Assembly (NCBI RefSeq): GCF_964204645.1
Contig: NC_134025.1
Coordinates: 4,836,001 to 4,900,000 of the forward strand
Direction of reading: 5' to 3'
DNA length: 64,000 nucleotides
DNA from: Tubulanus polymorphus
Lineage: Eukaryota; Animalia; Nemertea
Program-made: the position numbers and the translations under genes
In this document: piece after piece, positions 1 through 12,211 of the stretch
Layout: each line of letters starts with the position of its first letter
How positions within the stretch are numbered: position 1 is the stretch's first letter
Notes under the pieces: model-generated
Databases searched by the model: none
The model's input: only the letters and a program-made list of their open reading frames with translations
Told to the model about the DNA's origin: nothing

Positions 1-325
1 GCGTTCTATAGAATAAGCTTTAGTAAATATCGAAGAAACGCCATTAGTATGGGGAGTTGGCGTGATTCAATCGCATGAAAATACTTATTTAGTGCCACGA
101 ATTAAATATCTAAAAGTAAATGAAATTATGAAAATCTCCAAATCCCAGACAAGAATCATCATGAACCAAATATAAATTACCTTATATTTCCAATTTGAAT
201 CTGATTTTTAAATTTCAACTTCAAAAACATTTTTTTTTAATTTCTTTATGAAACAAGAGTTTCGAAAGTCGAAATGATTGAGTGATTAAGTCGAAATGAT
301 CGAGTGTATTTCTGTTAAAAGCAAA

Positions 326-357
326 GGTGTCCAGACTAATCTAGAAGTCTGGACACC
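326..357. repeat. Perfect 12-bp-stem hairpin (ggtgtccagact / agtctggacacc)
   Basis: Inverted repeat read directly; 8-nt loop aatctaga. Confidence 0.8.
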
Positions 358-489
358 AGTCGACGTTACGGGTTCTGGAACAACGACGATACTACCCAGG
401 AGTGTTGGCGTAGGTTCAAGTCCCGACCTCACGCTATTCGGCATCTGATTTTAAACAAGTAAATTCATTACCATATACTACTTATATTG

Positions 490-630
490 ACCCACCCGGT
501 CGGTTTTTATCTGCATCATAAAAATAAGAAGGTAATAGGCCCGGTCGGCAGCATTTATTTTTATGATTTTTGTCGTACTTTATGGGACTCGGTCGGAGAA
601 TGGGAAACAGGGTATCATTTTTTGCCTTAA
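490..630. mobile_element. Probable terminus of a non-autonomous DNA transposon
   Basis: Three ggtcgg subterminal motifs followed by gggaaacagggtatcattttttgccttaa, a layout typical of MITE ends; partner end not found in the window. Confidence 0.35.
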
Positions 631-1079
631 ACTGAGAAAATGAAATAATCAATAAATTACTGGTGCAGGTTGATCAAAGGCGAAAACAACAGCAAAATAC
701 GCGAAGTTGAGTTTTATACCAAACATCATATAATTTACGGGTGAATAACCATGGACAGTGGTAATAACTAGCTTTCTTCAAGCATCAGAGAGGGGATTTA
801 AAATCAGTGGTGATTTGGAGAGGGGATTATTTCTTAGCCCTTAACACCAGGAGCAGAATTTTCAGCGCAGCACAAGAGCGCATTTTGCTGTCATCACTTT
901 TGGAGTAATAACGCATGTGCATTGACTACGAATGCTGCGCAAAGGCTTAATTAACTACTTGTCATCGGCTTCTGCTAATTTGTTGCCCACACCTTGCTAT
1001 GATCACCTACAGGCCTACCTCTACTCTCTTTTGCGGATGCATCCATATTACATAGTTTGAATCTAATTCAGACGAAGAA

Positions 1080-1406
1080 TCATCATGTAAAGACTGTAAT
1101 ATGATGTACATCGGCGAAACGGGACGTAATCTTAGTCAGCGTATTAAAGAACACAACATAGATATCCGCACCCAAAAGCCTGAGAGTGGAATAGCAAATC
1201 ATGTCTTTACAACTAATCACCAATTTGACTTTCAGAATTCGAAACTTATTTATCCTTGTAAAGATATTAATAAGAGACACATAGTGGAATCAGCCCTAAT
1301 ATGTAAACTTTCGAAATCCAATTTATCTACTAATTTAAATACTGGTTTTTCTCCACATAACCAATTATTATCCAGACACATCAATTCTTTATTAGATTTG
1401 GGTTAA
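1080..1406 (+). mobile_element. 5'-truncated Penelope-like element, GIY-YIG endonuclease C-terminal fragment
   Basis: CKDCNMMYIGETGRNLSQRIKEH...SGIANHVFTTNHQFDF...RHIVES...LN matches the PLE GIY-YIG with its CCHH motif; no RT upstream; hammerhead downstream. Confidence 0.88.
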
Positions 1407-1621
1407 TGTCACTATGTGTCACTCTGTTATCGCCACCCTCTTCAGTCCACTTCACTTAGTTACATAATTTGTTTTTACTCTGAACTGTTTAGAATTGCTG
1501 TGGTTTCCACGGTACCCCTTGATGTTTTATTGCTTGGTCTGTTTATCTTTAGTTTTGACACACTGCTTCTATTTTAGATCCTGTGAGTTTATATGCTTTG
1601 TAACTTGTTTTTCTAGTCATT

Positions 1622-1663
1622 CCACCTGATGATGGCTGCTAGTCAACAGCCGAAACGTTGTGG
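1622..1663 (+). ncRNA. Minimal type I hammerhead ribozyme of a Penelope-like 3' region (pLTR)
   Basis: ccac-CTGATGA-t-ggctg[ctagtcaa]cagcc-GAAA-cgtt-gtgg: core boxes, stem II, palindromic stem III (acgt), stem I ccac/gtgg. Confidence 0.85.
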
Positions 1664-1792
1664 TTTCGTAATGATAAATTTGATCGTATAATTTTAAATT
1701 CGAAGTGTGAGATTTCTTCATTTATCATCGCTGATATTTATAATGAATTTGTCAACCAAATCATTTGCATTATAAACTGACTTGTGTAATAT

Positions 1793-1824
1793 CAGGGAGG
1801 TGGGAGTGAACTCCCACCTCCCTG
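1793..1824. repeat. Perfect 14-bp GC-rich hairpin
   Basis: cagggaggtgggag-tgaa-ctcccacctccctg. Confidence 0.9.
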
Positions 1825-2909
1825 GTGGAGATGCAAGTTATGTGTGTGTAGTTATTCACTCTTGGTGGACGCTGGGCTGCAGTGGGTCAGCACATCTGTG
1901 ATGGATCATTTGTGTAGCAGCTATCTGACAGCTCACAGCAGTAGCTGCTCTTTGATATGGAGAAAAAGCCGCACGTCAACTCATTATGAATAGACTTTAC
2001 ATCGTGTTTGTCTTTGTGTTTGTTTTGATCATTGCGCGCAGTGGGTGACGTCACGCGGAGCGTCCAAACTTAAATGGTCCAAAAGTCTACGAAACCATGA
2101 AATCGATACTAAAACATATAAACGACCATTCATTTGGCACCAAAAACTTGTTCATGCGTAGCGTACAGACCGCCCCCAACCTGTGACGAAATTTCGCCAC
2201 AAGGCTAAAGGAGCATGGAACTTAACCTTCAGCGATAAAAGAACATTTAACATCATGTGGAAATCGTACATCGAACTTCTGGCAGAAGTGACTTTTAAAT
2301 CACCATCAAACAGGCATAAAATCCGAAAAACCAAGTATCAACTAACACGAATTTCACGCCTGCACGACATTCTTTGTAATTAGTATTAGTAATCACTATC
2401 AATATTCATAAGGACTATACAGTATAAATGTTTTTATACTAGGCATAGATTGTATCTATTCCTCACATTTCGCTGTGTTTTATCGGTCCGCACTTCTCAT
2501 CTGAGGGTGTCAGCTAATCTCAAATAGACATTCCCATTAAACAGCATGTGTAGGTGAAATAGAATGTTATATTCCATCATTTTCAACGCTTTGGTTATGC
2601 GGCAAAATAAATGAACAATATACTTCTTTGAACCTAACAATTATTATCCTGATCTTGAAATTATTAAGTGGCTAACTAAAACGTTGGGATTTTTCCACTA
2701 CATCCTCATTATTCAATCATACGTACATGTAACATTGAATCTTTAAACAAAACTACTTCATGGACGTATAAACATTTTTATAAATCATTGATATTATATA
2801 ATCTTACGTTGCATAACTATCAGTTGCGTAAGCAAAAGTCACTGCTCTAACTAGTTTAAGGCGCGCAACAATTTCAAACCAGTTCTTACCAGATTATTAC
2901 CCGGTTTAC

Positions 2910-4786
2910 ATGAGCGCGCACACATTCAAAATGAAAACGATACTTTTAAGTGATAGCATGGGTCGTTTTTTCCCGGAATCGGAAAATCATAAGACACATT
3001 TTTGGCCAGGAATAGGCATTGACGTAATGCGTAGAATCGTCGGTGAGAAAATAATTGACGACATAAAATACGCGGACGTTCTCATAGTATGGGTCGGAAC
3101 TAACGATTTAAACGAAAATGTTCAACCAAAGGATATAGTAAAGGCATACCAGGTTAGTTACTCAACAGTTTATGCAGAAAATTACAGAAAATTTAAATGA
3201 CTAAATGACGAATGACTAAATTCCTCTTGATACTAGTTTTTTTTAGGTTATCTCGCGCTGATGATGCCATCAACCAAAATCCTTCTGTTGCCGATATTTC
3301 CACGAAATGATTCAAAGGTGAAGGATCAGAAGCGGAAGAAAGTTAATAGGTTAACGAAGAAGCTTCTGCGCGAACCCAGGTTCAAAAGGGTTTCCTTCAT
3401 GAAAACTGAGGTAAATATATATATTCATGAAATGTATACCGTAAACTAATACCATGTTACAGTTGCCAGCCACCATTTTGTTAGGGTACTTTCATTTGTC
3501 CTCTATTGTTTGGTAATTATTTCTATTTTAAATATTATTTGTGATGTGTTTTATCATATTTCATTGGCCTGTAGGTGGATTTTGACATTTTGGCAGCATT
3601 CAAACATTTCTAGTGTTTCTCAAATTCGCAACAATGCGACATGAGAATGATAAAAAAACCCGTGGCCAGTTTTTGCCACATGCGTTGGGATTCGAAGTTC
3701 GTTATTTTTTGTATCTCAGCACGGCCCCTGGACTGGCCAGACAAAAAAACTTGTTTTTTACTCCCTGTATACTACTCGACCAATAATTCGAGTAAAACGA
3801 GTAAAAATCTGTAACTGATGGAATTGAATGACACCTTCCATGATTCTGGGGATTATTTCTGATTAAAGGCAAGAACATGGGTAAAAAACTTCCTTGTTTT
3901 TATTTTAGGTCCGATTTTCTTAAAAATTTGAGGGTTAATCAATCTAGTTATAAGAAACGAATTAAAAATTTATCATATTTCCTTTTTACCAAGTAAACAA
4001 GTTTTGCTCCGAGTAAAAACCATTGCCGGTGAAGGCAATTAATTAACAACAGCTTACAAGATAAAAAACACACAGCTGTTATGTTTACATAATTCAGCAG
4101 GCTTGTGGTCAGTGAGTTGATAACTAAGAAGCTCCTCCTCCAAAGTCAATCAAAGTTTGAATTTGCTACGAAAATGAAGAATTCAAAATTACTCCCTATT
4201 TGCTGGTTTCTAGAGTATTTTTGACTTTTGCAATCATTTATCATCTATAATTGCTCGTAGATTTTAGATAACTGAAAACAAACAAGATACGTATTCCCAT
4301 GGTTTGAATGCTCCTTACATGGCAAAATTCACCTACAAACCAATTAAATATGATAGAACACATCACAAATAATCCTTTAAAAAGAGAAAAAAGTTATCTA
4401 ACAATAGAGGACAAAGTTTAGTACCGTACGCTAACAAAAAGGCGGCTAAAATCTGTAAAATGGTATATTTTCAGAGCCTGCATTTTGATTGTGTTGTCTC
4501 ATTTCAGCGTATTTTCGAAACGAGTCAGAAACGCAAAAACAAAGGAGATCAATTCTCTGTCAAACAAGAAATTTATCGTTTGGATGGGTTGCATTTAAAT
4601 GATCGTGGAATAGAACGCCTGCATCGTTATATTATGCAATACATCAAGGAAAATCTGTCAGCTGACCCCAGAAGTAAGATCGCGGAACGAGTGGAGAGGG
4701 CTAATATTGCGCACGGACTATGTACCGAGGAGACACCGGGGGATCGAAGTTTTGATTTTGAAGAACCAGATGTTTCGATAGATTAG
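2910..4786 (+). CDS. SGNH/GDSL-type hydrolase (TE-associated esterase type), 3 exons: 2910-3152, 3237-3410, 4508-4786 (~231 aa)
   Basis: Block I LLSDSMG, block II PGIG, block III VGTND, block V DGLH; in-frame GT-AG phase-0 junctions; AATAAA near 4988. Confidence 0.82.
3449..4466. mobile_element. Foldback/MITE-like element with ~135-bp imperfect terminal inverted repeats in SGNH intron 2
   Basis: ataccatgttacag...ttgtcctctattgtt...ttatttgtgatgtgtt...tgtaggtggattttg (3449-3585) mirrors the reverse complement of 4321-4466. Confidence 0.75.
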
Positions 4787-5799
4787 ACTCTAAAATCGAA
4801 GAATTCTAGTTCATTACACCTACACATCCTGACGTTTCTGATCACACTCCCGGCCCTGCGTTAATGGATTCGGAGCCACTTTTTATCAGGATCGTGAACC
4901 ACGGATTTTGATGGCAGCGATGTACACAATATATTAAAGAACTATATATATATAACATTGCAGCTATCATGTAATTGACTTTCCACCAATAAAGTGTTTT
5001 GGAAAATGTTTAATTTTTTCAGCTAGATATATGATCTTTTTTTAGGAAAATGATTTTATTTTTTCAGCTCAATATATGTTGTATATGATGGCTATTATAT
5101 GAATGTCCCCAAGGACGGGAACGTAGATTGAGGGGAGAGGAATATTATGATTTGGGTTCCACTTTTTTAGAAATAAATTGAATGAATAATACAACGTATT
5201 ATATGATACGCTAGGACATTAGACTGGGAGAACTAGGATTATTGAAAACAAGAATAATAGAGTGTATATAGTATAGTTAATGGATTATTATTATTATTAG
5301 ACTAGAATAACTCTTGAATATTGGCCTTAAGCCTGGGGGAAAGTGCTCATCAGTGTGAACACTTAAAGACTAGTTTGGATAACAATTCAAGCAAAGCAAT
5401 TATTCTGACACATTGACACTAAAACCTCTCAGCCTCTTGAAACTAAAAAGTTTACATTATACGGATTCTTTTATATTCAATAAAGAAAAAACATATAACA
5501 GAACGCGAGCTTTTATTTGGATTTATTTTTGGAAGTATCGGAAAGTACAATGTACTTGGTATAAGTCATTATCTACATTTGCCAGAATTGATTTGTTCAT
5601 TGCACAGTTCAATTCAAACCCCCATTTTGCGACTTAAAACGGAAAACCTAGCAACAGAAACGTCATCAGAGGAGCGGATACACGTTGGCATAACCAACAT
5701 TTCACTTTCTGCACGTTTTTGTTGAGGCAGTAATATGCGCACTGCTGATTCTAAATCAAAACATAGGTGCAAAATACTAAACTAATGAAAGAGGGCGAT

Positions 5800-8700
5800 T
5801 TTGATTAATAGACTACATCGACATAATTTCCAGTGAATATCGCTAAACCGTTTATCAATATGTTCGTATTTTCAATATTTTCATCAATCATCTTGTTTTA
5901 GAGAAATTTAATTTTGAAATTTAAATTTTTGAATATTCGCGCAATGATGCTTCGAGTATTGAAATAACACCAATTCTTACTATAAACCAATCAATGCAAA
6001 GACATCTTATTTACATCAACTTGAAGAATAGAGTCATCTTATTGATATAATCGTTTTTTCAGGAAACCCCAGGTTTTAGTTTTAGAGAAATTTGAGTTTG
6101 AATTTTTAAATTTTGAATATCGCGCAATGATGCAATCGTGTGTCGCAATAACAGGCAATCTAACTATGAACAAATCAATGCACAGACATGCGCTTTACAT
6201 CAACTCAAAGACTACAGTTTGCTTATTAATATACTTACTTTTCAGGAACCCTCAGGTTTTAGTTTAAGAGAAATTTGATTTTGAAATTTAAATTTCTGAA
6301 TATCGTGCCATGATGCAATCGTGTATTGAAATGACGCGTTTTTTTTACTATGATCAAATCAATGCACAGACATCTGCCTTGAATCAACTTTAAGAATAGA
6401 GTTTGCTTATTAATATACTTAATTTTCAGGAACCCTCAGGTTTTAGTTTTAGAGAAATTTGATTTTGAAATTTAAATTTCTGAATATCGCGCCATGATGC
6501 AATCGTGTATTGAAATGACGCGTTTTTTTACTATGATCAAATCAATGCACAGACTTCTGCCTTGAATCAACTTAAAGAATAGAGTTTCCTTATTAATGTA
6601 CTTAATCTTCAGGAACCCTCAGGTTTTGGTTTTAGAGAAATTTAATTTTGAAATTTAAATTTCTGAATATCGTGCCATGATGCAATCGTGTATTGAAATG
6701 ACGCGTTTTTTTACTATGATCAAATCAATGCACAGACATCTACCTTAAATCAACTTAAAGAATATAGTTTCCTGAATATTATACTGGATTTTCAGAAAGC
6801 CTCAGGTTTTAGTTTAAGAGGAATTTGATTTTGAATTTTAACTTTTTAAATATCGCGCAATGATGCAATCGCGTATTGAAATGACGCGTTTTTTTTACTT
6901 TGATCAAATCAATGCACAGACATCTGCCTTAAATCAACTTAAAGAATAGAGTTTCCTTATTAATATACTTGATTTTCAGGAACCCTCAGGTTTTAGTTTT
7001 AGAGAAATTTGATTTTGAAATTTAAATTTCTGAATATCGCGCAATGATGCAATCGCGTATTGAAATGACGCGTTTTTTTTACTTTGATCAAATCAATGCA
7101 CAGACATCTGCCTTAAATCAACTTAAAGAATAGAGTTTCCTTATTAATATACTTGATTTTCAGGAACCCTCAGGTTTTAGTTTTAGAGAAATTTAATTTT
7201 GAAATTTAAATTTCTGAATATCGCGCCATGATGCAATCGTGTATTGAAATGACGCGTTTTTTTACTATGATCAAATCAATGCACAGACTTCTGCCTTGAA
7301 TCAACTTAAAGAATAGAGTTTCCTTATTAATGTACTTAATCTTCAGGAACCCTCAGGTTTTGGTTTTAGAGAAATTTAATTTTGAAATTTAAATTTCTGA
7401 ATATCGTGCCATGATGCAATCGTGTATTGAAATGACGCGTTTTTTTACTATGATCAAATCAATGCACAGACATCTACCTTAAATCAACTTAAAGAATATA
7501 GTTTCCTGAATATTATACTGGATTTTCAGAAAGCCTCAGGTTTTAGTTTAAGAGGAATTTGATTTTGAATTTTAACTTTTTAAATATCGCGCAATGATGC
7601 AATTGTGTATTGAAATGACGCGTTTTTTTACTATGATCAAATCAATGCACAGACATCTGCCTTGAATCAACTTAAAGAATAGAGTTTGCTTATTAATGTA
7701 CTTAATCTTCAGGAACCCTCAGGTTTTGGTTTTAGAGAAATTTAATTTTGAAATTTAAATTTCTGAATATCGTGCCATGATGCAATCGTGTATTGAAATG
7801 ACGCGTTTTTTTACTATGATCAAATCAATGCACAGACTTCTGCCTTGAATCAACTTAAAGAATAGAGTTTCCTTATTAATGTACTTAATCTTCAGGAACC
7901 CTCAGGTTTTGGTTTTAGAGAAATTTAATTTTGAAATTTAAATTTCTGAATATCGTGCCATGATGCAATCGTGTATTGAAATGACGCGTTTTTTTACTAT
8001 GATCAAATCAATGCACAGACATCTACCTTAAATCAACTTAAAGAATATAGTTTCCTGAATATTATACTGGATTTTCAGAAAGCCTCAGGTTTTAGTTTAA
8101 GAGGAATTTGATTTTGAATTTTAACTTTTTAAATATCGCGCAATGATGCAATCGCGTATTGAAATGACGCGTTTTTTTTACTTTGATCAAATCAATGCAC
8201 AGACATCTGCCTTAAATCAACTTAAAGAATAGAGTTTCCTTATTAATATACTTGATTTTCAGGAACCCTCAGGTTTTAGTTTTAGAGAAATTTGATTTTG
8301 AAATTTAAATTTCTGAATATCGCGCAATGATGCAATCGCGTATTGAAATGACGCGTTTTTTTTACTTTGATCAAATCAATGCACAGACATCTGCCTTAAA
8401 TCAACTTAAAGAATAGAGTTTCCTTATTAATATACTTGATTTTCAGGAACCCTCAGGTTTTAGTTTTAGAGAAATTTAATTTTGAAATTTAAATTTCTGA
8501 ATATCGCGCCATGATGCAATCGTGTATTGAAATGACGCGTTTTTTTACTATGATCAAATCAATGCACAGACTTCTGCCTTGAATCAACTTAAAGAATAGA
8601 GTTTCCTTATTAATGTACTTAATCTTCAGGAACCCTCAGGTTTTGGTTTTAGAGAAATTTAATTTTGAAATTTAAATTTCTGAATATCGTGCCATGATGC

Positions 8701-10490
8701 AATCGTGTATTGAAATGACGCGTTTTTTTACTATGATCAAATCAATGCACAGACATCTACCTTAAATCAACTTAAAGAATATAGTTTCCTGAATATTATA
8801 CTGGATTTTCAGAAAGCCTCAGGTTTTAGTTTAAGAGGAATTTGATTTTGAATTTTAACTTTTTAAATATCGCGCAATGATGCAATTGTGTATTGAAATG
8901 ACGCGTTTTTTTACTATGATCAAATCAATGCACAGACATCTGCCTTGAATCAACTTAAAGAATAGAGTTTGCTTATTAATATACTTAATTTTCAGGAACC
9001 CTCAGGTTTTAGTTTTAGAGAAATTTAATTTTGAAATTTAAATTTCTGAATATCGCGCCATGATGCAATCGTGTATTGAAATGACGCGTTTTTTTACTAT
9101 GATCAAATCAATGCACAGACATCTGCCTTAAATCAACTTAAAGAATAGAGTTTCCTTATTAATATACTTGATTTTCAGAAAGCCTCAGGTTTTAGTTTTA
9201 GAGAAATTTGATTTTGAAATTTAAATTTCTGAATATCGCGCCATGATGCAATCGTGTATTGAAATGACGCGTTTTATTACTATGATCAAATCAATGCACA
9301 GACATCTGCCTTGAATCAACTTAAAGAATAGAGTTTCCTGAATATTATACTGGATTTTCAGAAAGCCTCAGGTTTTAGTTTTAGAGAAACTTGATTTTGA
9401 ATTTTAACTTTTTAAATATCGTGCCATGATGCAATTGTGTATTGAAATGACGCGTTTTTTTACTATGATCAAATCAATGCACAGACATCTGCCTTGAATC
9501 AACTTAAAGAATAGAGTTTGCTTATTAATATACTTAATTTTCAGGAACCCTCAGGTTTTAGTTTTAGAGAAATGTAATTTTGAAATTTAAATTTCTGAAT
9601 ATCGCGCCATGATGCAATCGTGTATTGAAATGACGCGTTTTTTTACTATGATCAAATCAATGCACAGACATCTGCCTTAAATCAACTTAAAGAATAGAGT
9701 TTCCTTATTAATATACTTGATTTTCAGAAAGCCTCAGGTTTTAGTTTTAGAGAAATTTGATTTTGAAATTTAAATTTCTGAATATCGCGCCATGATGCAA
9801 TCGTGTATTGAAATGACGCGTTTTATTACTATGATCAAATCAATGCACAGACATCTGCCTTGAATCAACTTAAAGAATAGAGTTTCCTGAATATTATACT
9901 GGATTTTCAGAAAGCCTCAGGTTTTAGTTTTAGAGAAACTTGATTTTGAATTTTAACTTTTTAAATATCGTGCCATGATGCAATTGTGTATTGAAATGAC
10001 GCGTTTTTTTACTATGATCAAATCAATGCACAGACATCTGCCTTGAATCAACTTAAAGAATAGAGTTTGCTTATTAATATACTTAATTTTCAGGAACCCT
10101 CAGGTTTTAGTTTTAGAGAAATTTAATTTTGAAATTTAAATTTCTGAATATCGCGCCATGATGCAATCGTGTATTGAAATGACGCGTTTTTTATTATGAT
10201 CAAATCAATGCACAGACATCCGCTTTACATCAACTTAAAGAAAAGAGTTTCCTTAATATTATACTCGATTTTCAGAAAGCCCCAGGTTTTAGTTTGAGAG
10301 AAATTTGAGTTTGAATTTTTAAATTTTAGATATCGTGGAATGATGCAATCGTGAGTTGAAATGATACCTGAACAAATCGATGCACAGACATTTACTTTAT
10401 ATATCTACTTGAACAATCGAGCCTACTCAGTAATATACTCAGTTTTTACGAAACCTGGAGTTTTTGTTTCAGAGAAATTTGAGTATCAGT
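5800..10490. repeat. Tandem satellite, 183-184 bp monomer, ~25 copies with degenerate edges and higher-order repeats
   Basis: Marker tcaatgca recurs at 5991, 6175, 6359, 6542 ... 10023, 10205 (spacing 182-184), plus a degenerate copy near 10377. Confidence 0.97.
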
Positions 10491-11124
10491 ATCCGATGCT
10501 ATATACTAACGTTTACGTTAGTTATCATCGCTCCGTCATGCTAAGTTATACATTTCATGTCAACCAGTATCTACAGGCAGCTATACAGTGTGTACACACT
10601 ATATCTGAATACGAGGCTGGAATAACAGGCTCACTTCACGTAGGTTTTTTTTCTGTAGCTCCGGCATTCCAACAATTCGATTCCATCCATGCAACTGGAT
10701 GGAGTTAAGGTCAATTATGCTTGACTGGGTATACTATGCATATTTCGCTTCAGGCATCTGAAGGTACAAAATATACCTATTATAAAGCCATCAAATCAAC
10801 TTGAAAACATCTCAATACGGGTGTGCTCCACAATAAAACGAAGTTGTTTATGGACGACGATACAGTAAACACTACAAGTAGGGCGCGGATACTGTGGTGC
10901 ATAAACGGAAACCGCGGACATGGATATAAATATTGGGACGGTCGCCGCGGCGTCGCGTTTACCCCAGTCGCGTTAAAGCAATCGCATATCTACTTACACC
11001 CCGTATCAAAACCATTCTCAACAAATCCAAACTGACCATAGCCTGACCACAGCTATTGGACTCGTGACGACTGTAGCCAAAAACTATGTCAAGGTTCGCC
11101 TTCCGTCAACCTGGCTGCGGCGTC

Positions 11125-11183
11125 GGCCGCGGTGTGGGTGGAACTTTGCATCAGTATACATCAGTTCGATCCTGCCGCGGGCC
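11125..11183 (+). mobile_element. tRNA-like/SINE-head remnant
   Basis: ggccgcgg...ccgcgggcc closing stem, weak A-box (tgtgggtgg), B-box-like agttcgatcc; too short for a real tRNA. Confidence 0.3.
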
Positions 11184-12211
11184 GGGTCTCTCCACATGCT
11201 GATACAGTAAATTACGGATATCAGTCAGCACCGGGAATTTTTTACAGTTCATTATGATCCAATGAAATATCGATTGCTATGCTTTTGATACGCTCTGGAT
11301 TCTAAATTTTCTGACGCCTAGAAATTTAATTTTCATGACAGTTGATTGTCAGTTCGTAAAAAACTCATTCTCCGATAGGTTAATGGAATTGAAGGAAGTG
11401 TCGAAACGTTCTATTTCGATCGTTGCAACAGTCTGACTGGCGATCCTTAAAAGCAAGCACCACAAAAACGTCTACGCTGCGTCACTAAATCGCTTTATTC
11501 GTTCAACCAAGCTTTTGACATTTTTTATGTACAAGCCAGTAACATCGTGTGTTAGAAATACCCCAACAAAACGCATATTATATAAAAACGTAATATTCAT
11601 AACAGTTTATACTTTTAGTATTTAACCTCTTCTTACATTCCGGTACTCACTATTCATTTTCCTCGCAACCCTCATGCAGCTGAATGCAATTTGTAGAATA
11701 ATCGCTAAAAGTCTATGATTTTGTAGGTTTTATATTCTAAGTACATCGTCTATCTATATTACATAAAATCACATATTCATGTATACATCGGATGAGAATA
11801 CGGCATCAATTCCTCGGCTCTAGGTAAGGAACCTACCGATAGCGATTCACTCTATATCGCGAAAATATTTCCTCAAATTGAGCCGATGAAACTCTGGAAG
11901 TAACTGTTCTTCGAATACGACCACAGTTTGACTTATCAGTTTTGAACTTATGTACAAGAGTTTAAGAGTTGCTGAGTCGAATCGTTTAGTTCAAAGTACG
12001 GGTATAAATGCAGATGAGATATCACTTGGTGATCTGCATAAAACAAAATACAAGGCACGAAAATGTTCAGAGGCAATGTATATAAGTTTTTCAAATTCAT
12101 AGAGCGAAATTCATGAATGAGAATAATTTATTTCACGCAATAAACAATAGTAATCAGTATATATAAGGATACATTAAAGAGATTTGTCGTAGAAACTGAA
12201 ATGCAAACATT

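Noticed and set aside
3245-3247. Acceptor ttttag at 3246 for SGNH exon 2
   Set aside because: Out of frame with the phase-0 donor at 3152; the acceptor at 3236 keeps the frame.
5800-10490. CRISPR-like array
   Set aside because: Units are near-identical along their full length with no unique spacers, no cas genes, eukaryotic context; it is a satellite.
10361-10708. 115-aa ORF at the array edge
   Set aside because: Begins inside a degenerate satellite monomer; no recognisable motifs.
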